DNA of 18,099 nucleotides from contig JAEOTC010000080.1 in NCBI GenBank assembly GCA_016840035.1, forward strand, positions 1-18,099, read 5' to 3'. The notes under the pieces are model-generated. The model saw only the letters and a list, made by a program, of their open reading frames with translations, ran no database searches and was not told the DNA's origin. Source of the stretch: Candidatus Hodarchaeota archaeon. Its GTDB lineage: Archaea; Asgardarchaeota; Heimdallarchaeia; Hodarchaeales; Hodarchaeaceae. Positions 15,774-18,099 of this stretch are shown here, in pieces (the first letter of the stretch is position 1; each line of letters starts with the position of its first letter). The position numbers and the translations under genes were made by a program.

Positions 15774-16913
15774 CTACCTTCGATAATCAAGTAAGCGAAA
15801 GTGAAATTGGTTCATGGCTTTAATATATTCTTCTGAGGACACTGAGCCAGACTTATACTCATCTTTCCATTGTTGAAGCCACCCAAACCACGCTTTAATG
15901 TCACTATTATGGTAATTTAACAAGTGATAGGTTTCTTCCAAATAATTCGCAAATTCCTCGACACTTTCAAACTCTTGTGGGATCACAGCTCCAGGTTTTC
16001 GAAAGATAGGAATTCTTGCTTTCGGGGGAATTTTCACTGTTGTAGTATTCTCATAATTCGGCCCTTCTCTCTTTGGTTTCGGTGGCCCTTTCAAACGATT
16101 TATCAAACGACTCAAACGACTACCCTTTGTCAGATAGATTTCAAATGAATACACTTCCATGATCCCTGAAATTATCATAAAGAAGAAGATTCCAGTAAAT
16201 AAATCAGTGTAAAATGTGGACGATGGAGATATGATCATTAAGCTTGGGAGCCCTAAAATTGTTAATACTATCGCATTTGTTATCCGTTCTTTGATTGTTA
16301 GAGAAAAATCCTTATAATTAAACGCTCTGTCGTTTGTATAATACATTTTATGAGTAATTGAGTGTACATTCGTAAAATCAGATAAATAATTAACTAGCTC
16401 ATCATTATTTGAAAAATTTTCAGTAAGAATAGAAAAATAGTCTGTTAAATTCGTTGAGTAGAAAAAATCTATCCGAATTACTTTGTTACCCAATAAAACG
16501 AATCCTAGTGAAGTTAATTCCTCCCATTTTATAATAGATTGATATTGGAAGGTAAAATTCTGAATGAAAGTACGGTTATGTATATAAATCCCTTCATGAG
16601 AAAATCTTACCTTTTGAGTGTAATATCTTCTTGCCCAAAAGAGAGTTTGGATCATCCCAAAGAGGATTAGGCAGATCATTAGTAAATAAGTCAGTAGAAT
16701 AACTAGATCGGAGCTTAAGGTGTCCACAACCATTAAACGTATACTATTCATTAGGAAGATACCCAAAAGTACGGTCAGAATCAGTATAATTATTGAAAAC
16801 AATTTATTACTTAGAGAAACTTTGATTTCACGAGCGTGGACTCCTTCTGTCATTTTCCGATCATCTTTTTCCGAATCACTTCTTGTTTGTTGAATCACTC
16901 TTTCCCATCTCAC
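15774..16913 (-). CDS. Hypothetical membrane protein (2 TM, PH-like beta domain, 2 TM, helical tail)
   Basis: TM pairs flank 'VRFSHEGIYI...IKWEELTS', a pattern typical of bacterial PH-like domains. The start may be ATG 16853 rather than GTG 16913. Confidence 0.7.
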   Translation of the reverse strand: MRWERVIQQTRSDSEKDDRKMTEGVHAREIKVSLSNKLFSIIILILTVLLGIFLMNSIRLMVVDTLSSDLVILLTYLLMICLILFGMIQTLFWARRYYTQKVRFSHEGIYIHNRTFIQNFTFQYQSIIKWEELTSLGFVLLGNKVIRIDFFYSTNLTDYFSILTENFSNNDELVNYLSDFTNVHSITHKMYYTNDRAFNYKDFSLTIKERITNAIVLTILGLPSLMIISPSSTFYTDLFTGIFFFMIISGIMEVYSFEIYLTKGSRLSRLINRLKGPPKPKREGPNYENTTTVKIPPKARIPIFRKPGAVIPQEFESVEEFANYLEETYHLLNYHNSDIKAWFGWLQQWKDEYKSGSVSSEEYIKAMNQFHFRLLDYRR

Positions 16914-17153
16914 ATCTGTTGGATAGAAGTTTGTAGCAAACTTGTTTTTTAAATGCTATGTTGATGATGAAACAACTGATAGTGCCCCCACAAAGACTCC
17001 AAGGAAAGTTATTAACCAAAGATTTCATTTATAGACACAAGAGTGAGAAATTAAGAAAATAAGGAATAACGGAAAACTAGGCATTTGAGAACTAAAGTGG
17101 AATAGATTAGAGGGTTGACTGCTGAGTCATGGAATGGAAATATCGAGAGGAAA

Positions 17154-17525
17154 TTATGTCTGTAACATCATTCTGAAAACGTGTAAAGCTTCTTTCACGG
17201 TAACATCTTCCTTTTTGGATGTTGCTTCTTCGTATATCTTCTTCACTTTGTTGGTAGCTACAAGAATTCGATCTTTTTCTTCAATAAAACCAGCTTTCAA
17301 CAAACGAGTAATACCTTCTAAAAGTTCTTCCTCAGTGAAAATCGCACGATTTAAATAATCCCCCATATCAATGATTTGGTAAAGATTCTTGTACTTGGTT
17401 AAGCGTTCCGAAAAACCCATTTTTTTATAAGCCTCTGACACATATTCAGCTTTAATCTCCTCAGCACCATAAATGGAAGCTAATGTCCATACTTCTATCC
17501 AATTATTACCCTCTTTTCTAACCAT
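17154..17525 (-). CDS. Small hypothetical protein, probable winged-helix fold
   Basis: D..NRAI.TEEEL..GI.RL..AGFIE followed by a beta-hairpin and T, resembling a wHTH recognition helix plus wing. Confidence 0.65.
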   Translation of the reverse strand: MVRKEGNNWIEVWTLASIYGAEEIKAEYVSEAYKKMGFSERLTKYKNLYQIIDMGDYLNRAIFTEEELLEGITRLLKAGFIEEKDRILVATNKVKKIYEEATSKKEDVTVKEALHVFRMMLQT

Positions 17526-17942
17526 AAGCCTTCAACTTTTTGTTTTATAATGCATTGAGTTTTGTATTGCTAATTTTGTTTTTCTTGTTATTTTTAAGAC
17601 AGATAAAAAGGTGATCACTAATCTTCGGGTGAGGGAGATCTTAGAGATAGTTGATACCCAAACTAAACTTCCGTGGCGTAAAAAACAGTGAGAATCTAGT
17701 AAAAACTTCTTAACCTATGAAAAAATTGCTAATCCGAAATTTTTTGTACTGCGTTTAGTACGGACAGTGAGGGGTACTGGATACAAATGCAATGTCATGC
17801 TGTGTAGTGCCCTATTCCAAATTCTGGATCATCTATAATAATTACCACTTTTATTTTTCTCCTTCCTATTCCATACCAGCATTAATTGAAATTTAGTTGT
17901 CACAATCAATAAAACACCAGTTCGAATCTATGTACCAATATA

Positions 17943-17968
17943 TTTATATAGACCGACCGTCGGTCGGT
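17943..17968 (+). promoter_or_regulatory. TATA box and palindromic operator of the TetR gene
   Basis: TTTATATA at 17943-17950, immediately followed by a perfect inverted repeat ACCGACCG-T-CGGTCGGT at 17952-17968, 12 nt before the ATG. Confidence 0.85.
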
Positions 17969-17980
17969 AATCAGATTCAA

Positions 17981-18099
17981 ATGGTTCGAAAAGTAAAATC
18001 CCATGATGTTAGGAAAAAAGAAATTCTTGATAATGCCTTGGAACTGTTCCAAAGTATTGGATACAGTAAAACCACTGTGGAAGAAATTATTAACCGGGT
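17981..18099 (+). CDS. TetR/AcrR family transcriptional regulator (5' part, runs off the window)
   Basis: MVRKVKSHDVRKKEILDNALELFQSIGYSKTTVEEIINR matches the TetR N-terminal HTH pattern (R..IL..A.ELF...GY..TTV..I). Not in the ORF track. Confidence 0.9.
   Translation, partial: MVRKVKSHDVRKKEILDNALELFQSIGYSKTTVEEIINR

Noticed and set aside
5432-17620. GTGATCACTA present at 5432 and 17611
   Set aside because: Only 10 bp with unrelated flanks; compatible with chance.
1-18099. CRISPR array, tRNA/rRNA, integrase or transposase
   Set aside because: No regularly spaced repeats, RNA gene signatures or recombinase/transposase motifs seen by eye.

Overview
Archaeal-looking, AT-rich accessory region. 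The MIT-Vps4 ATPase, the glycosylated and C-terminally anchored family-5 solute-binding protein and the TATA promoters suggest an Asgard/Heimdallarchaeia-like host (inference). The left end holds a divergent Vps4-type MIT-AAA+ ATPase. Twelve nt downstream is a 1107-aa protein with a ~480-aa acidic low-complexity N-half, a short MIM2-like linker and a compositionally distinct C-half ending in a PD-(D/E)XK nuclease-like motif. A small convergent, overlapping gene follows. This is the best candidate for an undescribed Vps4-coupled nuclease/toxin system. Next comes a conflict-like cluster of two RNxxxH HEPN proteins, a 4-TM protein and a CPBP/Abi intramembrane protease, then an orphan DppA/OppA-like SBP and a DUF3592-like gene interrupted by one in-frame TGA. 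A 2809-bp unit is bounded by 130-bp direct repeats that duplicate the promoter and 5' end of a 476-aa gene; it carries an ~8-TM protein fused to an internally deleted SBP. The right end has two hypothetical genes and the start of a TetR regulator with a perfect palindromic operator. All family assignments come from motif reading by eye; no searches were run.
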